This document shows, piece after piece, positions 38,951-50,565 of a DNA stretch of 64,000 nt. The position numbers and the translations under genes were made by a program. Below the pieces are notes generated by a model. That model saw only the letters and a list, made by a program, of their open reading frames with translations. It ran no database searches and was not told the origin of the DNA. The DNA comes from Octopus vulgaris (Eukaryota): contig OX597825.1 in assembly GCA_951406725.2 (NCBI GenBank), forward strand, positions 30,504,001 through 30,568,000. The letters run 5' to 3'. Every line of letters begins with the position of its first letter. Position 1 is the stretch's first letter.

Positions 38951-39272
38951 CATATTTTGTATTTGATTTATTTAATATATTTAATAAATTTGATGTGTCT
39001 AAATTGTTTATTCACATAATTGCCTCTATACCCACTCAATTTGATCCCTCTTATAGCCTTTCTTTACCTTGTGGAATTGATCCTCTGTAAAGACATTGGA
39101 GTCACAGATTGAATCTTTTAACCAATACTAAGTGTCGTCTATACAGAGAATCCCTGGATCTCATGTGTGGACTATATATATATGTGTGTGTGTGTGTATA
39201 CAAGGGGGTACCAATAGTAACTGGAAGCATTCTCTGTAGGAGAAACTCATTATAGTTTCGAAATTTCCCTAG

Positions 39273-39316
39273 ACACCTGATGAAGGCTGGATCGTATATC
39301 AGCTGAAACATTGTGT
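39273..39316 (+). ncRNA. Minimal type I hammerhead ribozyme-like motif
   Basis: acac-CTGATGA-A-ggctg(loop)cagct-GAAA-catt-gtgt; stem I acac/gtgt, stem II ggctg/cagct. Confidence 0.7.
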
Positions 39317-39360
39317 TAACAACAAACAAGATGAGGACAAATATCCATCAAATGTAAATA

Positions 39361-39399
<39 letters not shown>

Positions 39400-39427
39400 C
39401 ATATATATATATATATGTATATATAAA

Positions 39428-39600
39428 GGGAAAGTTTACGAAAATAAACAAAAGACGAAGGCAGGTGGAGTACAAACAAAAATGTATTAGTATAGCGCTC
39501 AGGAATAGAAAACGTCTTTTACATTTCGAGCCTACGCTCTTTGACAGAAAGATACACAGAAAAAAACAAGGAGAGAAAAAAATGCGTGTAGGAGCTAACG
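39428..39600 (-). mobile_element. Diverged inverted relative of the 38342 family in (TA)n
   Basis: Reverse complement of 39515-39552: tcttt-ctgtcaa-a-gagc-gtag-gctc-gaaa-tgta-aaaga; downstream ctaataca...ccacctg.cttcgtcttttg also shared. Confidence 0.75.
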
Positions 39601-39627
39601 ATCTATCATGGCGTCCTGATATGTATA

Positions 39628-39703
<76 letters not shown>

Positions 39704-40538
39704 AAACATGCTGCAAGCCTCTTGAAGATAATAAGATTATTACTGCTTGGTGGTGGTAGTGGTGGCGGCAGTGGTGGTGGTGATGGAGGCGACGGTGGTG
39801 GTGGCAGCGGTGGTGGTGGTGGCAATGGTGGTGGAGGTGAGAGTGCCGGCAGTGGAGGTGTGGGTGTTGGTGGTTGCATTGGTGGGCAGGGAGAGGGGGA
39901 AAACAAATTGCTGGAAGGATAAAGAACATCCATTGTCAGTTAGTTATTTGTTTCCTGATTATTACAGGTATGTATATTTTATGGTTATGTTAACATCTTG
40001 GCTTTAATCACTTGCAGTTTATTGGAACAGACTGAAATGTGAGCGTAAATCTAAAGGAGAAATTAGTACTGAAGTACTACATCTAATATTAGATAACTGA
40101 AACTGTGGTTTTTAGTCATTTACACTGAAATTTGATTACAACAGTATAATGAAAACAACAACAGCAACAACAACAATAACAACAACAATAATAATAATAA
40201 TAATATGAAACAGTAATAGTAGCAGTTACCGAAGAAATGCTAATTATGTTGCAAATATCTGGGATGGGCTTTTCATGGTTTTAGCTGAGTTGTAGAGTAG
40301 AAGTTAGATGTGAATAATTTAGGCGTTTGTCAGAATAGTTTCTATAGAAAATACATCAAGGCAGAATTATCTAAGTTATAAATTTCAATTTGAGTCTTTC
40401 GAACATAGAATTCAAGCTTTGCATACGGAATTGGTTCCCAAAAATTGAAACTTTAATCTAGTAAAATGCTGCAGTTGTTGTTGTTGTTAGTGGTGGTGGT
40501 GGTGATGTTGCTGTTATCATTGTCATTATTACTAATTA

Positions 40539-40597
<59 letters not shown>

Positions 40598-41044
40598 CGA
40601 ATACTTATCACTAAAGTCTTCGGATTATTTCCTGCTGTATTCTAGAAAAAAAATCAAATATTTTAACTCATTCAGCCTCAAAATAATTAGCTGAAGTCCC
40701 TCAACATTATCGTCCTCATCATCATCATCATCGTCGTTGTCAATATCATCATCATCATTTCAATCTACTTTTATATCTTAGTCTACATGTCACAGTGGGT
40801 TGGACAGGTTTATAAAGCATGGCAGTATGGTGAGAAGTTTGCTTCCCAAAAACTTGTTTCTGAGTTCAGTACTTCTGTGTGGTACCTACAATAGTACTGC
40901 AATGACCAAAGCCTTGTGTGTGAATTTTGTTGGTAGATGGAAATTGAAAGAAGCCAGTCATAGTTAGATAGATAGATACATACATACATACATATATACA
41001 TACATACAAACATACATACACACGTACATACATACATATGATAT

Positions 41045-41685
41045 ATCATCATCATCACTATCATTTGATGTCTGCTTTCCATGGGTCAGATGGTTTGACA
41101 GGGAACCAATGAGCTGCAGGCTTGCATCAAACTCCAGTGTCCCCTTTGGCATGGTCTCTATGACTGGATAAAATATTCAAGTTAGTTGTGGAGATGGAAG
41201 CTCTGAGAGCATAGATGTCAGAATAAGATGAGGCAGGGCAAAGTTTAGGGAGCTCCTGCCTCTACTGGCAGCAAAAGGCCTCTCTCTCAGAGTGAAGGTA
41301 GATTCTATGATGCCTATGTGGGAACAGCTATGCTACATGGCAGTGAAACATGGGATGTGACAGCCGAGGACACGCGTAGGCTTCAAAGAAATAAAGCCAG
41401 TATGCTTCAGAGGGTGTGCAATGTCAGTGTGAATCTTGTGTAAGCATCTTGAAAGAAAAGTTAGGCATAAGAGGCATTAGATCTGGTGTGCAAGATAGAC
41501 AAATGCACTGGTATGGTCATGTGATGCATATGATGCATATGAACAAGGACAGCTGTATAAAGAATTGCCTAACTGTGAGGGAACCTGTGGTAGATGTAGG
41601 TTTGGGACGACATGGGGTGAGGTAATGAAGCATGATCTCTGAACTTTGGGCCTCCCAGAAGCAATGACTAGTGACCAAGACGTTC
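41045..41685. mobile_element. RTE remnant: minus-strand tail (41045-41170) joined to plus-strand ORF fragment (41175-41685)
   Basis: gcaaagtttagggagctcctgcctctactggc, atgctacatggcagtgaaacatggg and cactggtatggtcatgtg are homologous to 47950-48460. Confidence 0.85.
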
Positions 41686-41689
41686 TTCT

Positions 41690-44257
41690 GTCATTCTACA
41701 GTGTACATGAAACAGCTTAATGGTCTAAAAATATATCCGTGTTTTATAACATCCATCATTTTTATTGGCTTCAGATGAAACACTCTAGTTGTGATATCAT
41801 GCCTATCTGGAGGATTTTGACCATGAAGTAAATGAAACTGGATGTCAACCCATTTTAGATTACAAATGAAGGTGATGAAAAAATCTGGACAGCCACAGTG
41901 GTGGACATAAGTGAGAGCATGTGCTGGGGCCTCCAGTGTATGATGATGGGAGAATGACAGAACATCCAATATTTGAAGCAACAACCTGATCATTTAGGTT
42001 CATTATGTCATGAAGATTGCCATATTCTTCTGTACGCAATAACATTTGGTGGTGTATTATCCATTGGAGGCATTCAGTGTCTATCTGGAAAGGGAAGAAA
42101 TGTGTGGAGTAAATAGTTAGTGACCTGGCTAAGGAAATTTCCTGAAAAAAATCATAATATAAAAAATATCTGCCTTAGCAAATACGTTTTCATGGTATTG
42201 ATTGAGGAGTACTCATGTTCTATGAAGAATGTTGATGTCGTTGTTGTGAACCATAAGTCAAAACCCATAAAATTACATTTGTGAAATGGTTTTCTGTGTT
42301 TGAAAATGCATTAACCTTTCCGGATTAAACTTTGGCAAGTCAATGCCGTAGCCATCGTCAACATAGGTAAACAGTAATGGATATTGGAGGGCATCGTATG
42401 CAGGATGAAGTTCATTTATTTTTTGAAGGTATGAGTCTTGCCATTCAAGAACAATATCACAGTTTGAAGCACACTCATTGAGACTTGTTATAAGCACCAC
42501 AACTTCGTCGGTTTGGGGTTTGTTAAAGCAACTCTGATGCTGCCCTGGTAGAGTGTGGTCAACTTAAACTGATTGGTGCTAGCATCTCTACCATGAAGAG
42601 CAGTTTTGAAAATGGTTTCATAGGGGTTTATGGTATGAAGCATATACTGAAGGGGCTGCAGAAGAGATGGTCATGTTCCTGTAGCAACTGAAGTTTATGC
42701 CATTTCCTCAGGTCCATTCCCCATAAAGTAAATCTGGAGAAAGCTGTATTCATCACCATCTTGTGGAATAAGGGAGCCAATTTGGTGGTAAATTTGGCCT
42801 TGTACTTTGAAGGTGGACAGATAATTTCCATTTCTTATTGGTGTATGACCAAAGCTTGTTATTTAGAAGGTGGAACTGTAGGCTCTTATATTCCAAAGAA
42901 AGTGTTTAGAATCTGGATGGTCTCCAAGCAGCAGGGACTTCAAAGGTTCAGCACCGACATGTAAATGAGGCATGCTAACTGTTCCATTGGAGCAGCATAT
43001 ACTGGTAGATTCTGCTGGTCACCTCATTGCATTACAACAGACGCAAACTGTAGACATGTTGCCAATGATGACATGTGGGTGTGATGCATAGTCCTCATGG
43101 GAACTGTAATGAAAGGCTTTGTTAGACCAGCAACAAGAAGAAAACCTCTAAAAGACATGAGAATGCATTTTATGTTGAGAATCAACCCCAAGCCTTGTGG
43201 CTCTTTGTTCAACAGTCTCTAAAGCATGTCTATTTGAAGTAGAGGCAGCATCAGGAGCATGTCAGAGATCTGTTTGCTGAGCTGTCTGTGATTCTCTGGT
43301 GACTGCAGAAGAAGCAGCATTGTGAGCATGCCAAAGTACACATTGTCCATCTGTCTTGTTTGCCCACAAGGAATGCAAAATAGAAGCATTCTTTGTTTTC
43401 CTGCCAATGTGACTCTTGCTTTTTCGAGGCATCCTATCAAAAATCTGTTATTGAATGCAAACCGGAAAACTTCAAATGGAATATAGAGTTTGACAATATG
43501 TGATGTTGATAAATAAAGAAGCAAAACTTGTGGATGAATAAGCTACCAGAACCGACCAAATAGTGCTTTTTTTAGAATGTAACTGATGAATTTGATCTGT
43601 AAAATTCATAAAAATGATAAGAAGAATTTGCTAAAATATCGTTCAAATATCCTTACTGATAAAAAAATAGCTCATAATTTGAAATGTTGATACTAATATT
43701 CCTTCTTCATGAATGGGAATTAAAGAATAAATAATGGGCATGTACATATCAAATCAAGTGAGTCACGTAAAAGTCGAAAAATACAGCTCATTTTTTGTCT
43801 TATATAAGAAACTGTTAGCTAAAGTTTTATATATTTGTCACCCAAATTTCCACGTTTAATTACCAATTAATTTGCCGTTTTCTATTGTCAATTGAATTTT
43901 GCTGTGAGAAAATATTCACAGAGTTGATTGATCGCCAATTAGTGTCATTTTTTTGTTAAAGCTAATATTTTATTTCATTTCTACTTATTTAAAATAATTG
44001 CCTTGTCGTCTTACTCATTGTGCCAGCTTATCTATTAAATGCAGAATGAAATGCCTGGATGCACGTGTTCAATTACCATTCATTCTAGAATGATATCGAT
44101 TTTTACTGCAATCACATATGTTCTTTCATGAAATTTAACTGAGGGTCCCACTGTGACATATTTTACCTATGTGTAAAATTTTAGAGCAATCAGTTAAAAA
44201 ATACAGCTGTTATAACCTTTTACACACACAGAGACAGAACAGGATTTATATAATAAA
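41690..44257 (-). mobile_element. Helitron remnant: Rep N-terminal region up to the HUH motif, 3'-truncated
   Basis: CCSNG (~42990), INELHPAYDALQYPLLF..DDGY, VILPSSYTGGP, PDFFITFICNLKW, DRHDITTRVFHLK, MYTVE*QK; putative 5' end (ttattatataaatcctgttctgtctctgtgtgt) near 44255 is tentative. Confidence 0.85.
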
Positions 44258-44334
44258 CGTATATGCATATGTACATATATGTATATGTGTGTCTGTGTGG
44301 TGTATGTGTGTATTCATATATATATATATACACT

Positions 44335-44510
44335 AGTGCCACATAAAAAGCACCCAGTACACTCTGTAAAGTGGTTGGTGTTAGGAAGAGCGTCCAACCA
44401 TAGAAGCCATGCCAAGACAAATAATTAGAGCCTGGTGCAGCTCTTCTGCTTGTCAGCTCCTGTCAAACCATCCAATTTATGCCAACAGGAAAAACATCAT
44501 GATGATGATA
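44335..44510 (+). mobile_element. Degenerate RTE 3' terminus
   Basis: gtgccacataaaaagcaccc...gtggttggtgttaggaagagcgtcca...gatgatgat. Confidence 0.8.
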
Positions 44511-44532
44511 TATGTATATATACATAGATTTA

Positions 44533-45371
44533 TGAGGTGGTATCAAAAGGCTCTTGGACTAGTTCTGTAGCACATCAACAGACAGCAGCACGTGGTTGTA
44601 TGCAGTGAGAGCTAACAGTGACCTTCATGAGACAGTGTGCCGATAGACGTTGCTGTGTTTATTTCACAAGTGTGTGGTTTTGGGATCCATGTACATGCTG
44701 CAGTCTGCAATATTGTCATGTACAGGAACAAAGAGCCAAAGCGAAATTTTGTGTCAAACTCGAGCAGTCTGCTACAGTGACATTGAGCATGCTTTGGCAA
44801 GCTTACAGCGATGAGGCAATGGGTTGCATACAATGTTTCAAGAGGCACAGGTGCTTAAAAAGTGGAAGAACATCCCTCGAAGACGATGAGCAGTCTGGCA
44901 GACCTGCCATGAGTGTCATCCCTAGAAACGTTCTAGAGGGTCATTGGAAGACAATCAACAACACTGCTGGTGTTGTTGGTCCGTTATTTGGGTCTGTGTA
45001 GGTAATCTTAACATCTGGATTCATTATGACGACAGTGAACCCTGTTTCACACTTAAAAACAACATGGTATCACTTCTGCATCTGCCCTATTTGCCAGATT
45101 TAGCGCCAGTGGGCTTCCATCTCTTCCCTGTGATGAAAATGCAGCTCAAAAGTAGTTGTTTTAACACCATTGTCAAGAGAGAAGGACAGAAGATCATCGA
45201 CCCAGTTGCTGAAAACAATTTCCAGGCCAAATTCCAAATGTGGCAGGAATGCTGAGACCAGCATATTGCTGCACAAGGTGACTGTTTAAAAGAAGATGAT
45301 GTTAAAACTTAAATAAACAAGTTATTTTTTATTAAACATAATTAGTCTGGGAACATTTTAATACCACTTTG
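44533..45371 (+). mobile_element. Internally deleted mariner transposon
   Basis: TA-flanked TIRs (gaggtggtatcaaaaggctcttggacta / tagtctgggaacattttaataccac); EQRAKAKFCVKL..SGRTSLEDDEQSGRP and HLPYLPDLAPVGFHLF (YSPDLAP motif). Confidence 0.92.
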
Positions 45372-45407
45372 TATATACAGGAATATGAAACCAAAACAAT
45401 TACAAAA

Positions 45408-45599
45408 AATACGGAGACTAGTATATCTTTAATTTTTTTCTTTTAATTTTAATAGTTAATTATACAGTATAATTTGTTAATAACTAACACATGTTTCTCT
45501 CTGCAGCAGAAGCACATGTCAGCCATCTTAACCAATTGTGCTGTATAATTAACTGTTAAAATTAAAAGAAAAATTTGAAGATATACTAGTCTCCTTATT
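45408..45599. repeat. Imperfect hairpin, ~90-bp arms
   Basis: ggagactagtatatctt...ttttaatagttaattatacag pairs with ctgtataattaactgttaaaa...aagatatactagtctcc. Confidence 0.9.
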
Positions 45600-45624
45600 C
45601 AAAATTCAAAATTTGAAGATGTAC

Positions 45625-45790
45625 CCATTACGGAGTGGTTGGCGTTAGGAAGGGCATCCAGCTGTAGAAACATTGTCAGATAAGACTGGAGCCAGGTGCA
45701 GCCTTCTGGCTTCCCAGATCCCCGGTCGAACAGTCCAACCCATGCTAGCATGGAGAACGGACGTTAAACGATGATGATGATGATGATGAC
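45625..45790 (+). mobile_element. Young RTE 3' terminus
   Basis: Near-identical reverse complement of 10987-11145; (GAT)n tail. Confidence 0.92.
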
Positions 45791-45999
45791 TCCTGAAAAT
45801 GTTCATAATCCAGCAAAGAGAACCTGGATTTACCCATCAGAAAGTTTACAGTAGGATTGCTCACTGAAAGCAATCTCTTGTGCTTCTTACTACTTGATAC
45901 AGTTATCTTCTTACTAATTGATGCTTTATATATATATATATATTATAGACAAATTAAAATAATGGCCATAACATATAATTCCTTCATCATAGCAAATTT

Positions 46000-46108
46000 G
46001 GCTTACAGCTGTTTCCTGTAGTTATTATAGATAGGTTTACTCAGTTGGTCTCTTTATCAATTGAGGTAAATTGAATGACCTACAAAAATTAATACCTTCA
46101 TCAGAGCC
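46000..46108 (-). ncRNA. Type I hammerhead ribozyme-like motif within an inverted-repeat element
   Basis: Minus strand: ggct-CTGATGA-A-(long stem II)-GAAA-cagctg-ta-agcc; stem I ggct/agcc; palindromic ACAGCTGT; 45951-46043 is inverted at 46230-46322. Confidence 0.72.
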
Positions 46109-46587
46109 ATTGCTGAAAATAACAAACAGAGCACTTGAAGAATGGATATTGTATGGAGAAAGTGAGAGAAGATTGGGATGTTTAAGTAGCAGGTTACAAT
46201 GAGGTGGTAGCAATTGGAACCTTCCTTTTTGAGTATACCTACCTATAATGACTACTCGAAACAGCTGTAAGCTAAATTTGCTATGATAGAGGAATTATAT
46301 GTAATAGCCACTATTTGAACTTCTTGTCTCTTATAGCTCTCTCTATAAAAACCAGTTTATTTAGAGCTCGTCCACAGATTTACAATATAGAATTGTGATG
46401 GACCATAACTTTGGACCCTACCAGAAGATTACTTGGAGTTCTTCACTAATCTAAGTAATATTGTTAGCCTGGTGTGCCAACAGAGAGCTTATGAAGAATT
46501 TTGCCTGGATTGATAATCCCTCACTATTTGTTCTGTTACCATGAAATTGGGTTATTTTAACACCAGGGTAACTTTGAACAAAATATA

Positions 46588-46802
46588 TTGGGTTGTCCAG
46601 AAAGTTCGTGCTGATATATAGTAGCTTACCTTTTGACTTACCCTCCCAGGCACCTCAATTATGGAAAGAGGGTATTTTCAAGTTAAAGGAAAGATTGGGC
46701 AACAAAATTGCTCATATTTGGTTGATTAAAAATGTAATGGCAAGTATTTATTGACCTTTTTCTTTCTTTTAAAAATTGGCGCGAACTTTCCGGACAACCC
46801 AA
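46588..46802. mobile_element. Tc1/mariner-type MITE
   Basis: TIRs ttgggttgtccagaaagttcgtgc / gcgcgaactttccggacaacccaa, TA on both sides. Confidence 0.88.
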
Positions 46803-47303
46803 TATTTTGTTTCTTCTTATTGCTTGTTATTAAAATTTCTTACAGAATTGTTTAAATGCGTTGTTAAACTATAAAATTATATTTCTATGATAGTATAATT
46901 TCAAAACATAAAATAAAATTTGTAAATATAATTTTGCTTATCTACTCAAAGAAAGAATTTGTCAACTTCAAATTCCAGCAAAACAAATATTTTTGCAAGA
47001 TATGAATGCTTTTGTCAGTAGCTAAAGCACTTCTTGCATAAAAGATACAAGCTTTTGTTAAAATATGATGTTAATATAACTAGTTAATAATTTTCTATTG
47101 AAGTATTTTTATAACTTTGGTATCTTTGTAAAAACTTGTATAACATCACATGTCCTCCAACCCATTTTATTATCCAGTTAGGTTACTTTGAGTGCCATTC
47201 AAAGTAACCTCGATCACTGTTTCTGGCAGTAAGCAAGCTGCTACTATGGTTCAAACTAATAGTGCTCAATATAAGTTAGGTATTTAAGTTTTTTCCTATT
47301 TCA

Positions 47304-49095
47304 TCATCATCATCATCATCATCGTTTAACGTCCGTTTTCCGCGCTAGCACGGGTTGGACGGTTCAACCGGGGTCTGGGGAGCCAGGGGCTGCTCCAGGC
47401 TCCAGTCTGATCTGGCAGTGTTTCTACAGCTGGATGCCCTTCCTAACGCCAACCACTCCGCGAGTGTAGTGGATGCTTTTTACGTGCCACCTGCACAGGT
47501 GCCAGAGGGGTCTGGCATTGTCCACGATCGGATGGTGCTTTTTATGTGTCACCAGCACAGGTATCACAACTACTGTTTCCATTGATATTTGGTTCGATGT
47601 TCATGTACATGCACTTGACTCAACAGGTCTCCTCAAGCACAGCGAGATGTTCCGGGATCCCACGATCGGTTGGTGCTTTTTATGTGCCACCAGCACAGAA
47701 GCCAATCGAGGCGGTGCTGGCAACGGCCACGTTCGGATAGTGCTTTTTATGTGTCACCGGCACAGGTATCACAGCTACTGTTTCCATTGATATTTGGTTC
47801 AATGTTCATGTATATGCACTTGACTCAACAGGTCTCCTCAAGCACAGCGAGATGTTCCGGGATCCAAGGTACTTTGAATGGGCAGGGGGTATGCGGAACT
47901 GGTGCCGGAAGCATCCCGGGTCTTAGTAGTCACAGCACATCTCCAGAGATCTCGGTCCTTCGCCATTGCCTCAGTGAGGCCCAACGCTCTGAGGTCATGC
48001 TTGACTACCTCATCCCATGTCTTCCTGGGTCTACCTCTCCCCCTGATTCCTTCAACTGTTCGGGAGTGGCACTTCTTCACACATCTCTCCTCATCCATCC
48101 GCAGTACATGACCATACCATCGCAAGCGTCGCTCTTGCACACCGCATCTGATGCTTCTTATGCCTAGCATTTCTCTCAGGGTGCTTACACTCTGTCGTGC
48201 ATTCACACTGACATTACACATCCAGCGGATCATGCTAGCTTCATTTCTTTCAAGTCTATGCATGTCCTCTGCAGTCACGGCCCATGTTTCACTGCCGTGA
48301 AGCATGGCGGTTCACACACATGCATCATACAATCTACCTTTCACTCTGAGTGAGAGACCCTTTGTCGCCAGTAGGGGTAGGAGCTTTCTAAACTTTGCCC
48401 AGGCTATTCGTATTCTAGTGGTGACACTCTCTGAGCATCCACCCCCACTACTAACTTGGTCACCCAGGTAGCGGAAACTATCAACTACTTCTAGTTTCTC
48501 CCCCTGGAGTGTGATGGAATCTGTTTTTTGAGTGTCTGTGGTGTCTATTGTCCCTGTGCATCTGCCGCACATTTAAGCTATCTTATCAGTTAATTTCCCT
48601 TTGATGTTGCTGCACCTCTTATGCGTCCATAGCTTACACTGGGTGCATCTTATGGAGTTTCTACCTACACCTTTCCTACAGCTTGAGCAGGGCCACCTGC
48701 CCAATGGGGTGTGTGCTGAGTTCGCCTTTCTGCATACTATAACTTTGGTCTTCGCTACATTTACTCTAAGGCCCTTTGATTCTAACCCTTGTTTCCACAC
48801 CCGAAATTTCTTTTTTAGTTCCGGTAGTGATTCTGCTATGAGGGCCAGGTCATCAGCATAGAGGAGCTCCCAGGGGCAACCTGTTTTGAATTCCTCTGTT
48901 ATTGCCTGGAGGACTATGATGAATAAAAGGGGACTGAGGGCTGAGCCCTGGTGTACACCTACTTCTACCCGGAATTTTTCACTATATTCGTTGCCAATCC
49001 TAACCTTGCTGACAGCCTCTCTGTATAGAGCCTGTACAGCCCTTATTAGCCATTTGTCAATCAACAGTTTCCGCATCGACCACCAGATAAGGGAT
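47304..49095 (-). mobile_element. 5'-truncated RTE-clade LINE (RT C-terminal half + 3' UTR + (GAT)n tail)
   Basis: GVHQGSALSPLLF, LLYADD, KTK, FRYLG, LHGSETW, RRLRWYGHVLR, RGRPRKTW; candidate TSD tatttca at 47297-47303 and 49098-49104; ~130-bp direct repeat in the UTR. Confidence 0.97.
47838..49092 (-). pseudogene. RTE reverse transcriptase frame with two premature stops and an internal PHD finger
   Basis: ORFs 48573-49289, 48312-48572 and 47838-48305 are in one frame; stops at 48573-48575 and 48312-48314. Confidence 0.93.
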
Positions 49096-49509
49096 AATAT
49101 TTCACCCTTAGAATTAATGAGGTGAAATCCCAAATTTATCTTATTTTTTATTATAGCTTGATAACCAGAATCAGTTTTTCTTTCTGTTGCAAAGTCTAAT
49201 TCTTTATATTCTGTTTTTTTTTTATTAAGATGAACTTGTAGTTTGGATTGAGTAATAAGAGTAATTTTGAACATAAGTGAAAAAGACATTACTGTTCAAA
49301 GTAACCCCAAATCAGGGGTTTCTTTGAGCAGCAACAATTATGTAAAAAAGTAATTAAATATTGACTGCAATTTATCTTTATTTCATGCATCAGTTTACCT
49401 ATTTAGTCCCCCTAACAGTCAAATTTAGTTAAGTTTGAAAAAAAGGTTAGGAAACTATTGCAATAAAAAGTAACCCCATTTCACAGTATATGTAAACATA
49501 CACACACAC

Positions 49510-50565
49510 AAATTAATAAATATCAGGAGAACAGAGACTTACATAACCAGGTTTTGTCATACAGTGAGTCACAACTTTCTTTGTTAGTACCTAAACTTGT
49601 TTCTGCTATAAGCTGGTGCACACTGCAATTTGTGTATCTTGGTGTGCATCTTGGCGTTAATTACCAGTGTTGCTTCAGGGTAAAAATTTAACAGTATTTC
49701 AGATACCATCTGAACAGAGTACAGTAGTCCCTCATTTATCACGGTAGATTGGTTCTGAGACTGGCTGTGATAACTGGATTTCCTCGAAGTAGGGACACCA
49801 TATTTACAATATTTATTTAATGAGTGTTTGGGCTTTTAAAACCCTGCCTGTACTGTTAACAATCGACCCGTTACAGTAGTCTATTAATAACAAGGACAAC
49901 TGTTAAGCAATAACACATTAGATTTAAAAAAATAAAGATTGTTACTGTAAAGATTGTTACATCAAAGATGCTTGGGAGCCATTGCAGGAGATGAAAATGT
50001 AAAGTTTAATGCAAAGAAACAAAAGAAATCACACACAGCACAGCGTAAAGTAGTACAGTAAACCACTCGGTGAGAAAGCTTGAAGCGAAATGGCCATGAG
50101 AGAGAGACAAGTGAAGATGCTGCGGATCTGAGCATCAGTCAAAACACTAATCACAGGCCAGATTACACAATAGAAAGCTGTGATTCCTTGTGTCTCTCCA
50201 TTGCACCAATCACAGCCCGTCTTAAGTTTTGCTATTTTATGCTTGTTATGTTGTTCCTAGACTAGGAAATGATATTTATTATTAATATTTTAATGGATTT
50301 AATGAAAAATTTTAGGTGTTCGTATATATATATTTGAAAAATCAGCGAAGTCATGAATCCACGATAGTTGAACCGCAAAGTAGTGAGGGATCACTGTATT
50401 AGTCCAACGGTTACATTTTACCCTGATGAAGGAGCACCAGTAATTAACACCAAGATGTTTGCAGTGTGCAGTGGCTTGCAGCAGAAACACATGAAAAAGA
50501 ATGATGTGACTAACTGTCTAATAAAACCTGGATATGTAAATCTCTGTTGTGATATTTATTGATTT
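49510..50565. repeat. Old foldback (arms ~49510-49695 and ~50408-50565) with a MITE in its loop
   Basis: aataaatatc..acagagacttacataaccaggtttt pairs with aaaacctggatatgtaaatctctgtt..gatatttatt; catcttggcgttaattac pairs with gtaattaacaccaagatg. Confidence 0.8.
49722..50396. mobile_element. pogo/Tigger-like non-autonomous element
   Basis: TA-cagtagtccctcatttatcacgg ... ccgcaaagtagtgagggatcactg-TA. Confidence 0.78.

Noticed and set aside
39695-39975. Gly-rich ORF followed by cag/gtatgt splice-like site
   Set aside because: Degenerate (GGT)n repeat with no recognisable domain; cannot be supported without RNA-seq.
50421-50490. ccctgatgaagg ... cagaaac hammerhead-like words
   Set aside because: No stem II or stem I pairing found.
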